A stretch of DNA of 64,000 nucleotides, from assembly GCA_051294375.1 (NCBI GenBank), contig CM119265.1, positions 19,519,642 to 19,583,641 of the forward strand, read 5' to 3'. Below are positions 41,501-54,164 of the stretch, piece by piece. The notes under the pieces were generated by a model, which was given only the letters and a program-made list of their open reading frames with translations, was not told the origin of the DNA and made no database searches. This stretch comes from Paraspadella gotoi (lineage: Eukaryota; Animalia; Chaetognatha). Position 1 is the stretch's first letter, and each line of letters opens with the position of its first letter. The position numbers and the translations under genes were made by a program.

Positions 41501-42695
41501 GACAACGAAAAAAACTTTTTTTGACTCTTTCCCGATGAAATTTGTGGACATTTTAATTCCGGGAGACATTTTCCATTTTGCCCGCTTGTGCCCGCGTACC
41601 TTTAACCAGGTCTAGCATCCACCTCACGCCGTTCCAGCGGAAGCTCTCGTCTCAGGATATGGTTCACTTTTACGGCGCTCCCTCAATATCACACTTTCTT
41701 TCTTTTTTTGTCTTTTTGAGCGACCGTAATCATACTCATTATTCCGCATGAATCATTTCCCTTCAAAAAATTTAAAAAAAACTTGTTACCCTCGAGGTCA
41801 TAATCGTCGATTGTCACTTTTAATTCATTCGCCGATTTATCGTTTCTCGAAAGCCTTCTCAAAAATTTCATATAAAGAAAAAAAAAGTGTTTTTTAGCGG
41901 CGCGCTGACCGCGAGTGAGCGTTTCGTCTTTCTTAACTCTCGTTAGTTCTCGTTTGTTTTTAATTAGTCGGGTCTCGATTTGAGGTCCGTTGCAGAGACA
42001 AGAGTATTAATCACGAAGCCTCGTGAAATTCTCTTCACAGGGATCGTCTTTTCGTCCCGGAGAGAAATCATCGTCTCATCTTCTTTTTTTTTTTTCAAAT
42101 TATTTTAATCATTTTGTTTTACCGATCCGGTTGACAGGGAATTTCCTGTTTATTATTTTTTTTTTCCGATGTTCTTTTTTTTTTCTTTGAAAAGGAGTCG
42201 CGATGAAGGGCGTTTCGTTCTGGATGTTATTTTTTTCCCTCGGAGCAGACTTCCGGCGAGGAGCGGACGGTTGCTACGCCCCGGTAGAAGAGAAGGTAGG
42301 AAATATAAGAACGAGGGTTGAGATAGAAATTAAGAAAAGTTCGTCAAGTGGAGAGGGTCAACCTTTTCGTTTTGACTTTCTTATTAAACGCCAAGAAATC
42401 AATTTTTAAATAAAATTTTTTCATTAGGTATATTTTTGATTTTTAATTTTTAATTATTGTTAATTAGGTAATTTTGTTAATATAAATAATTCTGCTCCAA
42501 CGTGACGAAACACACAAAAAAGAAAAAAAAGAAAAGCAAATGAATTTAAGAATTTTTTATAGTCTTAGTCGTACCCTTAAGTACATTGAATTTGTATCCA
42601 GGTCTATATTACTGAAACGTATGTGATCTCTAATTAAAATTTAATTAAATTTTATACACGTTTCAAGGGAAAATGAGTATAGTAAATTAATATAA

Positions 42696-42751
<56 letters not shown>

Positions 42752-43569
42752 TAAAGAAAGGAGATACGTTAGTTAAATATTATTTCGCATGTTTATAAAC
42801 GCATTAACCGATACATAAAAGTTAAAGTTTTTGAAGTTAAAAATTTACATTCATCGTGCAAAAAAACCTTTTTTAATAATTATATAAATTAGTATTGGCT
42901 GTTCATTTTAATAATTTTAAAATTATTATCTAAGGATCCTGGGTCAATCGAATTATTAAGCTATCCCTGCTGGATGTCCAGGTATTTCTTTAATTTTTTA
43001 ATCTATTACAAAGGAATAACAAAATATCAGAATACAAAGATTTAATCTGCATTTAACAGATTTTTTTTATTTTTTAGGACTTGTGTGGTGGGAGTGCTTA
43101 TTATTTAAAAAATCACTGCTCCTTATCGGATAGCCCAGATTTTAAAAATAAATAAATTTATGCTAAACAGCTTGAACTTAAATAAACTTTAATTTAATTT
43201 TTAATATTAAAAAAATTAAAATATATACATAGTATTTTTTAAAAAAGTCTAAATTTAAAGTACCCGATTTTTTTTTTGGCACATGACTGTACAGAACAAA
43301 GGGAGAGGATAGAAAAAAGACTTTGTCTCCCCCTTTCTCTCACGCAGTCGCAGTGTCCAAATTCTGCGTTTCCCGAGTTTGAAAATGCGGCTTTTAAACG
43401 GCCGGAAGCCTCGATTAACGAACACGGTGCGGTTCCTCCGACTAGCGATTTTGCAAAAGGAAAATAAAGGAATGTCTCTTATATAATAGCGACAATACAC
43501 AACACAACAACTGAAAATAAAAACTATCCTACTACTTACGGGCAAGATTGATAACAATGTGTTGTCCTC
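31682..43569. repeat. Fold-back palindrome 2: arms about 31682-36904 and 38214-43569, spacer about 1.3 kb
   Basis: The right arm is the reverse complement of the left (signal-peptide exon at 32910-33002 vs 42203-42296). It is indel-rich and ends at the 25-N gap 43570-43594. Confidence 0.92.
37290..37717 (-). CDS. Possible Asp-rich low-complexity exon
   Basis: Acceptor-like ttttcatcag|CTTCC. Frames read SKDRYDDNKRHQQRRRRLQEER... and DDDDHEDDSDDDDD...DFEDPKSDTYYSIDECD. No domain recognised. Confidence 0.25.
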
Positions 43570-44173
43570 NNNNNNNNNNNNNNNNNNNNNNNNNTCGTCG
43601 TCGTCGTCGTCGTCGTCGTCATTCTTTCCTGACCTGTAATATTGCTGAGAACAAAATAACTGAACCAGTTGCTATTTGAATTAGTTGTTCTGTCGGTCGT
43701 TTCTTGGATGATATTCCAGACTAAAGAGTTGATACTATAGTTACTCATAACACAAAAATTAAAAGGAAACCGCCTCGCCATTGCTTCCCGAGGGCCCATC
43801 TGGGGTAGGTCCCTCAGTCTAAAAAAATATGTTCCGGCTCTTTGACGGTGCCAATTTAACCTATTTAAGCGACAGCAAGCAATCACTGAAGATCCGAAGT
43901 CCCTTCGCCAATTGGAAAAGCGCCACCAAAAAGTGTAAATTTTTTTAAACATAATCTTCGATGAAGCGAAATTTAATCGTAAAACTGTTCGTTTGTTTTA
44001 AATTTTTGTTCACTCGATTAAAATTTATAACCTGAACCGTTTGAATTTATGACGAAGCGTTTGATTTTTTAGTCCATGTCAAAACTTTAACCGATGAAGG
44101 GGGGAAAAGAAAAAAGAGAGAGTGAGGCGAGAGAAAGAGAGAGAAAAGGGGGTAGGGGATGGAAGGAGTGGGA

Positions 44174-44296
<123 letters not shown>

Positions 44297-45398
44297 AATA
44301 TCTCGAGTTGCAGGTTGATGTGACCCTCCGGCGTATGGTGTTTGCGACCCATGACGATCCATGGGGATAAAATCTATGAGCTGAGAGAGAGCGGGAGGAG
44401 AAGAGAGGGATGTGAAAATAAAAAAAAAGAAAGATAAAGAAAAAAGGTGAAGAGGTGGAAGTTTGGCGATAAAAATATCGACTGAGAGAGGGTGAGAGTG
44501 AAAGAGCGACATAGAGACAAAGAAACTTCTGTTGAGAAAAAAATGTTTTTCTTTACTACAAAATTGGTGAAAAAAAAATATACACGGATTAATATTTACT
44601 TGTCGGATATTCTTCAGGATATAATTGCTAAATTCTGATTTCAAACTTTAACTTCACCCTATTTGGCAATCTTTCCGGAACATCGGATACGGTGTTAGAC
44701 TTGATAGCGTTGAGATAAATGGCCAATCACGCTTTTTTTGCAAGGACCGTTCCGATCAAGGACCGTGACATTGGAGTAAACAAAAGTCTTATTCAAAGGG
44801 TCAGAATGAAAAGGAGAAAAATTTTGAAGATTCAGTCAAGTTTTTATGAAAAATCAAAAAAAAAAAACAAAAAAAAAAAAAAACAAACATAAATTGAAGT
44901 TAAAGCAAACAAATATAACTCACGGTCTCATCCTGAAAAAAAAATATTGCGTCGAATTTTAGCGCAGGTAATACATGACGACGATGAAGACGACGACAAA
45001 GACGACGACGAAACGACAACGAAACGATGAGAAGACGACGACAACAACGATGATCATGAATGGGATTTTTTCGGTGGATATTTTTTCCACGGGCAGAGGA
45101 TATCGCCACCGATTGTCATGGCATTACTGACCCAGTTCGCTGTATCTTTGAACGAAGATTAATAATAAAGCAATTAACGACCATCGAATTAATAACAGGG
45201 AAAAAGCAGGACGGCGATCATCAATTACGTTTTTATCATCGCCCATAAATCCTTTCGAATTTAATTTAAATATTTTTAAACATGAAATTAGTTGATGTTC
45301 GAATCGTCAAGCATAGAGAAAAATTTCGAATGTCTACTTTCGGCGGGTTATTCTGTAAATGGGTCTTGACTTCTCAACAGCCAGGACGTCTCTCTCTC

Positions 45399-45470
<72 letters not shown>

Positions 45471-45788
45471 TCTCTCTCTCTCCCGCGTCCCCAACAGCCA
45501 CTAAGATGGTACGTGAGGCGACGGGCAAGGAGGGCGAAAGAGCAACAAGCTCCAACCTTCAAACATTCAGCAGGTTCGCCGTTTCAACTTTCGGTCGACA
45601 GGTCCACCCCCCTTCCTGTTTCGTTTTGAACCCCATCCCTCGCATTACACGTTCCATCAGAACACATCCCAATTTTTTTATTCGACTTCCCCTCCACTTG
45701 AAAACAAAATGTTCTCTTCAAAAAAAATTCTCATTTATTTTCACCGACAGTCATTAACGTCTTTTTTTTTTCCATCCGGACCCTCTCT

Positions 45789-45869
<81 letters not shown>

Positions 45870-46079
45870 TCTCTCTCTGGCCCCAATTCACCTTTCGATC
45901 TCCCCTGATCTCAACCAGATCCCTGCTCTCTAACTGCTTTCCGCCTCCTCTTCAAACTTCATTCCCCTCCCTCCTCCCTCTCTCTTCTCCCTCCACCACT
46001 TCTCCTCCTCCTCCTCCTCCTCCTCCTCCTCCGTCCCATTCATCTTTTTTTTCACATTTGGTCGATCGATCCATTCACC

Positions 46080-46137
46080 TATAAAAGAGGACCCCGAATT
46101 TCGCGTCCTCACCACCGAATCGTGAATCCGAATCCGG
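46080..46137 (+). promoter_or_regulatory. TATA box and short non-coding first exon of the myosin gene
   Basis: TATAAAAG at 46080-46087, a TCA initiator-like site about 28 nt downstream, then strong donor CGG|GTGAGT at 46138. A matching acceptor gacag| at 46893 lies just before the ATG at 46941. Confidence 0.6.
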
Positions 46138-46940
46138 GTGAGTAATTTTTTTTTCGTCACCCGGATGGGGGGGGGCGTAATCGGCGATTCATGATTATTT
46201 AAAATCTAGTCGCGGGATCTGAAGATATTTGGTAAATTTAAAAATAATTATGCGGGATAGAAAAACGGAGGAAAAAAGTCAAAACTAAGAAGAGATCATG
46301 AAGTAAGTTTTAAACAGTTTTGATTTATTTCTGACCGTTAATTATATTGATTTTAGATTTTTTGATTTTAGATTTAAGCATTAAAAAAAAATTGCAAATG
46401 ATGAAAAATATTAAACGAATGGATATTGGTAACAAAATATATTTCCAATAAATTACTAAAAATATGAGGACGAAAATAATATGTCGCTAAATGAGTTGCT
46501 TTGTTTAAAAAAATCTAACAAAAATTAAAAAGACTTAAGTTTTTTTCGGTAACAGGGTCAAAAAGGCGGAACCACAGTGCCAAAACTATATAAAAAAGTA
46601 TGTTCACTCATGCTTAATTTACTTTTTGAATAATTTTTCTTAACCCTTTTGTCTCTACGTCTAACGCTTTTTAAATCAGCGGTAAAACGGAAATAATTTA
46701 GAGCAGACACAAGAAAATTTATAATTTTTTAACTTTACTGAAATTAGTAATAAGAATTAATTGGTTAAAACTTTTTAGTTTTACTTTTAGAGAAATTTTT
46801 TGCACAATTTTTTCCGTTTTGACTAACAACAAAAAAATGTCGATTATTATGATATTAAAACTTATTATCCAAAGTATGCCATGTCAATGACAGGACATTC
46901 TGCGTCCTCGATCTAAACCGCGACAACAACAACCAACGCC

Positions 46941-49900
46941 ATGCCCGAGGAAAGGTTGTCCCCGAAGCATCCGGACTGGATCTGGCTTCAGTCCCCGGGG
47001 GAGCAGCTGATGGCCGAGAGATCGGCTCCATTTGACCCCAAGGTGATTGCTCGATTACTGAATCTAAATTGGCCTAGTAATATTTTAATTAATTTATAGT
47101 TTGGAACGACTCAATAACGTATTAACGATTACAGACGGAATGTTGGATCGCCGATCCAGACGAGGTCTATGTCCGGGGAAAAATCACCGCCGGCGGCGGA
47201 GACAAGTTCGAAGTACAAACCGCCAAAGGGGTATGTTTAATTGTTTAAATTAATAACATATGATAGTAACTAATAATTGATAACAAAAATGCAGGTTCAT
47301 TAACATCTGAGTAGGAAAAAAAATTTAGATAACGAAATACAACAATAAAAAGAAGTAAAGTCTTTACTGCTCTCTTTACTAAAGACTTTACTAAAGAGAG
47401 CAGTTTTATGATACTTAGATTTTAGTCTTTTTTTCGCTATGATTTCCTAAAAACCTTTTACCCTTTTACGCCCCATTTTTTCAGTCGTCAACCCTGACCA
47501 AAGCTGAGATTCTGGACTGCAATCCGCCCAAATTCGAGAAAGAGGAAGACATGTCCAACTTATCCATTCTCAACAAGTTAGTTTTCAGTTTACTACAAGG
47601 GGATATCATTTACGGTAACCAACGAGTCAAACCAAAATTCTTGCCTTTCTCTTTTTCAGGGCTTGCGTCCTGCACAACCTGAGGACTCGATACCAGGTCC
47701 TCCAGATCTACACCTACTCCGGTCTCTTCTGCATCTGTATCAACCCTTACAAGTGGCTCATGGTGTACACGCCCATCATGAGAGCTCATTACAGAAACAG
47801 GAGGAGGACCGACGCGCCGCCGCATCTCTACGCCGTCGCCGACGGAGCGTTGCAGCTGCTGGAGATGGGTAAGTTCGGAATTGGCGTGAGTTAAAAAGAA
47901 AGTTAAAATTAGGAACTTTATTTAGAAGAAGCACGAAGATTTAATCCTAGGTTTCGATGACAAAGCTTATTAAAGTGGTAAAGAAAGTTAAATTAAGATT
48001 GACGTGTAGTAACAAAAAATAATATTTCTGACAATGTGTCATTGAGCAACTGCATAAATAACTAGTGTTTACGCACTCTTACTTTTGTGTACAGAATCCA
48101 AGAACCAGTCATCTCTCATCACCGGCGAATCCGGCGCCGGGAAAACCGAAAACACGAAGAAGGTGCTGCAATACTACGCTCTGAACTGCGCCGATCCTAA
48201 GGTAAGTTGACTTAGTCGAATATGTTCAATTGTTTATGCATGGTTTGCCATCTTAAAAAATTATTGATAAAAATGTAATGCCATTTCTTTTCAATTATCA
48301 CTTTTGAGTCTCATTATTCGAAGACTAAAACCTCGATTCCCAGGCCGCCAAGTCCAAGGCCGACACCTCGGGAAAGATGGGTTCCCTTGAAGACCAGATC
48401 GTACAGGCCAACCCTCCTCTTGAGTCTTATGGAAACGCCAAGACCGTCAGGAACAACAACTCGTCAAGATTCGTGAGTCATTGTGATGCCATTGATTAAT
48501 CCGAATCAAACCTCACCTCAATTTCCTCCTTTCTCATTCTCAGGGAAAGTTCATCCGTATCCACTTCGGCCCGACGTCGAAGATCGCCGCCGCCGACATC
48601 GAGACTTACCTGCTGGAGAAGTCTCGCATCACCTTCCAGCTGGAAATCGAAAGGAACTACCACATCTTTTATCAATTCATGACGGACGCCTACCCTCACT
48701 ATCACGGGATGACGCTTCTGGGCGATAAGCCTCACCCTGGAGACTATTTTTTCATCAACCAGGTCAGTTGGCGGTGATCTAGAGTTAAGATGGAATTTCG
48801 AATAACGTCACCAATAAATTTAATTACTACTGCCACTTGATAAAACTTATTTTACTTTTTGTAATAAACATGACATAAAACAAAATTAGTATGACAATGA
48901 GGTTCCTTCGATCCCTAGGGGGTCTTGACTGTGGACAAAATGGACGACGCGGCAGAGATGAGGGCAACCGACGAGGCCTTTGACATCCTGGGCTTCGGCC
49001 AAGATGAGAAGGACGGCCTTTACAAGGTGAGCGAAATGAAATGAAATAATAAATAAATTGAGGATATTTATCACTTTTTCTCATCGTTAAACAAGGGCAC
49101 TATCGCCATTTGCTACCTCGGAAACCAAAAGTGGAAGATGAAGGGACGCGAGGAGCAGGCCGAGCCTGACGGAATGGAGTTCGTCTCAAGGGTACGCCTG
49201 ATTTTCATAGTCCTTGTTTTTTTTTATTCTCAAAACTTGGCAACTGTCCCTAGTAACGATTGTTTCATGGATCCAGGCAGCCGACTTGCTCGGCATCGAG
49301 GCCGATTGGTTCGTCGACACTTTCATGAAGCCCAAGTTGAAGGTCGGCAAGGACTTTGTTAAAAAGGGTCAAAACTTGGATCAGGTGCAAAGTGGTGAGA
49401 TGGATTTGTTTTTGTGATGAAATAGTCGTCGAATTCACGAAGGTTTTATGACGGCTGGTAATAAAATATGCAAGAACGTATTTTAATTTTATTATTCGGC
49501 ATCTTAATAGTGCGATTATCTCTTTAATTTTTTGCCACTTTAAAACCACTTAATAATGTATATTGTATAATGTACGTACATATTCGACATCTTTCAGGTT
49601 TCCTTCTCGGTATCCGCCACCTCCAAGTCCCTCTTCTCCAGGATGTTCGATTGGATCGTCAGAAAGGTTAACGATTCTCTCGACACGCCCAATCCGAGGA
49701 AGAACTTCATCGGCGTCTTGGACATCGCCGGTGAAAGACAAATAAATTAATAAACCGACTTAGACTTCAAAGATTGTTTATATCTTCTCTCTATGACCTT
49801 TCTTTACATCCAAAGGCTTCGAGATCTTCGAGCTCAACGTGCTGGAGCAGCTGCTCATCAACTACACCAACGAGCGCCTGCAGCAGTTCTTCAACCACCA

Positions 49901-52900
49901 CATGTTCGTCGAGGAGCAGGAAGAGTACAAGCGCGAGGGAATCCAGTGGAACTTCGTCGACTTCGGCATGGACTTGGTCGTCACCATCGAGCTCATCGAG
50001 AAGAAGATGGGCATCCTCGCCATGCTGGAGGAAGAGTGCATCGTGCCCAAGGCCACCGACAAGACTTACCTCGAGAAGCTCATGGGCAAGCACTTAGGCA
50101 AGCACAAGTCCTTCGGCAAGCCCAAGCCGGCCAAGAAGGGCAAGCCCGAGTCTCACTTCGAGATCCATCACTACGCCGGAACCGTCGGCTACAACGTCAC
50201 CGGCTGGCTTTTCAAGAACAAGGTTTGGGGGTTGCTTAACACGTTGATGTTTTAATTCTTTGATTGATTGATTTCTAGAAAAATTGATTTGTTGATTGGC
50301 TGATTCTTTGATTGACTCACCAGGATCCCGTCAACGAGGCTGTAATCGGTATATGATGGGTCAAGCCGGAAATTCCATCGTCTCTCTCGTCTTCCAAGAG
50401 AAGACCAAGAAGAAAGGCTCTTCCATGATGACCATCTCCGCCGCCCACAGGTAGGATGAACAAATATAGACCTCCCGGTTGTCAGCATGTCTGTTCGTTT
50501 GTCAGTTTGTTATTAATACGTTTATCCTTTTTATCATATTTATTTCTCTATTGCTGCGACCAGAGAGTCTCTGCACAAGTTGATGCACAACTTGCACTCG
50601 ACTCACCCTCACTTCGTGCGATGCATCATCCCCAACGAGATCAAGAAGTCTGGCTACATCGACGCTCCCCTCGTCATGCATCAGCTCAACTGCAACGGCG
50701 TGCTGGAGGGCATCCGTATTTGCATGTTGGGTCTGCCCAACAAGGTATTGGATTGACAAAAGAGGATTTACATAAAAAGAAATTGAAGTTTTTTTTTTAG
50801 TCATTTTGTTTCTCCTCGTTTTTATTTTCCTCTTATTTGATCTTATCTCTCAATCCTTTTAACCTCACAACATCAGTAACCATGGTTACTAACCATCTCC
50901 CCTGTTCCATCAAAAAGGTCCCCCACGCCGACTTCATGGTGCGCTACTCCATCGTCGCTCCCAAGATCTTCTCCGACATGAAGGACGACCCCAAGAACTG
51001 CGCCCAGAAGTCTCTGGTCCAAGCTGGCATGGACCCCGACTCTTTCCGTTGCGGCAAGACCAAGGTTTGTCTGGGAAAGTCGCAAGTATTTGCGCAAACT
51101 GGATCTTTTGTTTTGCGTTTATTAATTTCTTTCTTCCTTTCTTTCAGTTTTATCCTTTCCTTTCTCGATCTCTCGTTCCCCATTCCTCCCCCTATTCCAG
51201 ATCATGTTCCGCGCGGGTATGTTGTCCCAACTAGAGGAGATCCGCGAGGGCGCCTTGGCCAAGATCTTCGTCAAGATGCAGTGCCAGGCTCGCCGCGTGC
51301 TCGTTCACGTCAAGTACCAAGAGAAGATCGCCGAGAAGAAGGGCATCTCTTCGATCCAGAGGAATATCCGCCTTTACTACAACTGCAGGGCGAGTGGGCG
51401 GGGACAGTGGGCGTGGAAGGGTTGGTGGAGGAACGGTTAGAGAAAGCGTTTTTTTTAAAGGGCTTTTCACAATTTTGTTTCGCGCGTAAAACTTTTGAAG
51501 TCTTAATAGTGGACATCTCAATCAATGAAATCAATCAAATGAATAAAATGAATAAAATCAATTTTAAATCAAATAAAATCAATTAAATCAATCAAATCAA
51601 TCTTAAAGAAAGGCTTTCCAAACGTCCTTCTTTTTCCCCACCTACTAATTTCAGGACTGGTCTGGTACAAGTTCTACACCATGATCAAGGGTGAGCTCAG
51701 TGTTCTCAAGAAGAAGCAGGCGGAGGAGGAGCGTCGCAAGCAGATGGCGAAGGCCTGGCTAAGTTCAGGCTATCCTGGCTCAGGCGGCGGCAGAGCGCGA
51801 GGCGGCCCAGGTTTATAGAGTTGATACATCTAATTGTTTTGGAAAACGGAAACTATCATCTTGTATTTTACAGTAGGATGCACATTTAACCTTGAGAGAG
51901 GTGTCTATAACAGGTTTTGCTCAATTCTCCTATATAATATTATGTACTGCCCAAATATAAAATTACTTTAAACTACACAAGTTGTTCATTTGATACATTA
52001 TTTTCTTATAACTTCATAATATTTTATATAAGTAATCATTGTGAGAAATAAAGTAATATTTTTTTATACACAACGGACGTTTAATTTTAATTTCCTGTCT
52101 TTATTGATTAATTAGTTTTACCAGGTAACGAACCAACCTTGGAATAAATAAAAAAACAAAAGGCCAACTCAAATCAACCACCCCCCCCAATTCCAAGGCG
52201 CCACGACGCTTCCGAGCCACATCGAGACCAAGGATGCCTACATGGCGAATACGCCCGGCACGCAGCGGATGAAATCAGGGCCGCCGAGGCCGCCGCAGAG
52301 TCCGCCGCTTCTTACCTGGCCAGCGTCACTTCCTCCATCGACAACGAGAGGCGAGTTGTGAAAGGGCGTGGCTTGTTGTTGTTCGTATGGGGAGCAACGG
52401 TTGGAAAGGTAAGGTGATGTAAATGGCAGATCGTCTTGGCGTTCAAGCCACTCTTCAATCTTCATCGACATGCAACTTCTCAATAACTTCTAACTCCCCC
52501 TCTCCGCTCTCTTTTTCTACAGGTCAAGCCTCAAGAGCCAGATTCAGAATTCGAAGGCATCGCTGACGAAGAACAAGGAAGAGGTCTCCCGGGAGCTCTC
52601 CGCGATGAAGGCTAAGCTGGAGACGTCCTCAGGCGGTGAGTTTCGACACTTTTTTGACAAATTCTTTTGATCATTTTCTTTTTTTTTTCTACCAGAGGAT
52701 CTGAGACAGATATTTTTTGCATAATTTTTATTTTCACGCTTGATCCCAAATATCTTTTTTCGTCGACACATTGAGTTTTCTTCGTATCTCGCACATTAAC
52801 CTCTCCCTCTTTGCTCGCATTCTAACAACCCAACTCCCTCGTTCGCATCCACAGGATACCAGAAGCTGAAGACGAAAGCGATCGCTCTGGAGGCTGAGAA

Positions 52901-54164
52901 GACGGCGATGAAGGGCAACATCGAGGTCATTGGCGACTCCATCGCGTCCCTGGACAAGAAGGCGTCCGCTCTGCTCGTCGAGAAGCGCGAGATGTGGTCC
53001 ACCATTTCGGTGAGTTGAGAAAATTAGTTCATAATTAGTTAATAGTTATATATACAACGTATATTATAACATGTCAGTTATGGATTTAAACAGGATGAGT
53101 AGGCCGTAGACTAATGCGCGACTAGGAAAATAGTTTAGTTTTTTTTTTAAATGCAAGTTGATTTCTTTTTATCTACGTTCAATGCTTGGTTCTTACTCTT
53201 GCTGCACGATTATTTATTATCTGAACAAAGGGGACAAAGGGTTTTTCTTTTATTGGACAATATACGCATGCTCGCGATAGAATTTACTCAGATTTGAGAC
53301 TTTTCTCTTTTGCAGATAATCTCGGTTTGCTGTTTAAATTAAATGCTGACATTATCCTTGAAAGATAAAACAGGTTTCAGTTTGGTAAGAACCAGGCATA
53401 GAGCCAAAATAAATTTGAGTTAGGATGATATGAAATCTGTTTTATCGAAATTATTATTTTTATTAAAAAAAAAAAAGGAAAAAATTGTTGAGACATAAAA
53501 GTTGTGGTTTTTCAGACGATTAAGATTACCACCTCCAACCACCAATCTTTTCTTCGCCTTTAAACGTTAGGTAATAAGAGTCAAAACATTGTTAAACTGT
53601 TGAAGTGAGCTTGACATATAGGTTTTAATAGATCAAGTAACGTTTTATTTTTTTAAATTTAATTTCGTAAACGGTTGCAGCAAAAGTAATGGACCAAGTC
53701 AAGAAAATGCTAGATTAATAATAAAAGGGAAAGGAAGGGAACTAATATAGCATTACGGCTTACTCACCAAATAGTTACTTGATCTAAAAAAAAACCATGT
53801 TCCTGAATGTTTGGTATTGTTAATGTTTGTGTTTAATTAAACATTTTTTTTGCCCTTAATGATGTGTAGATTTATTAAGCAAACCAATGAACAATTATTT
53901 ACCAGACCATCCAATCCGACATTACTACTTCCCTGGCAAGAGCATCTTACCTCGAGAAAGAAGGATTTCAAGTGAGTCACCGTTTTGAGAGTTCGGACTT
54001 AAATTGTAATATTATGAATTGAAAAAAAGATTTACAAAATTCAAATGGCATTAACGTGATACGTTAATCGACAGGTCGACCCCGAAAACGTCGGCGCTTT
54101 GGTGAAGATGCATTACAAGCTTCACTCTTACGTCACCTACAAGCTCAAGAAAGGGAAGAAGTAA
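46941..54164 (+). CDS. Class II (muscle-type) myosin heavy chain-like protein with a very short tail, about 1050-1070 aa. Coding exons 46941-47042, 47135-47230, 47485-47576, 47660-47868, 48095-48201, 48344-48472, 48544-48762, 48919-49026, 49096-49191, 49277-49384, 49598-49730, 49816-50222, 50324-50450, 50564-50744, 50918-51064, 51201-51389, 51655-51810, 52198-52350, 52523-52635, 52855-53009, 53906-53971, 54075-54164
   Basis: N-terminal SH3-like region, [14 protein letters not shown]-loop GESGAGKT, switch [16 protein letters not shown], switch II DIAGFE, relay [60 protein letters not shown], two IQ motifs and a W.WYK hook. A few 1-nt deletions occur in exons 50324, 51655 and 52198. AATAAA signals at about 54523-54542. 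Confidence 0.92.

Noticed and set aside
50324-52350. Myosin gene as a pseudogene because of frameshifts
   Set aside because: The shifts are mostly single-base losses in short homopolymers, as elsewhere in this assembly, while catalytic motifs, splice sites and codon bias are preserved. Polishing is still needed to confirm this.
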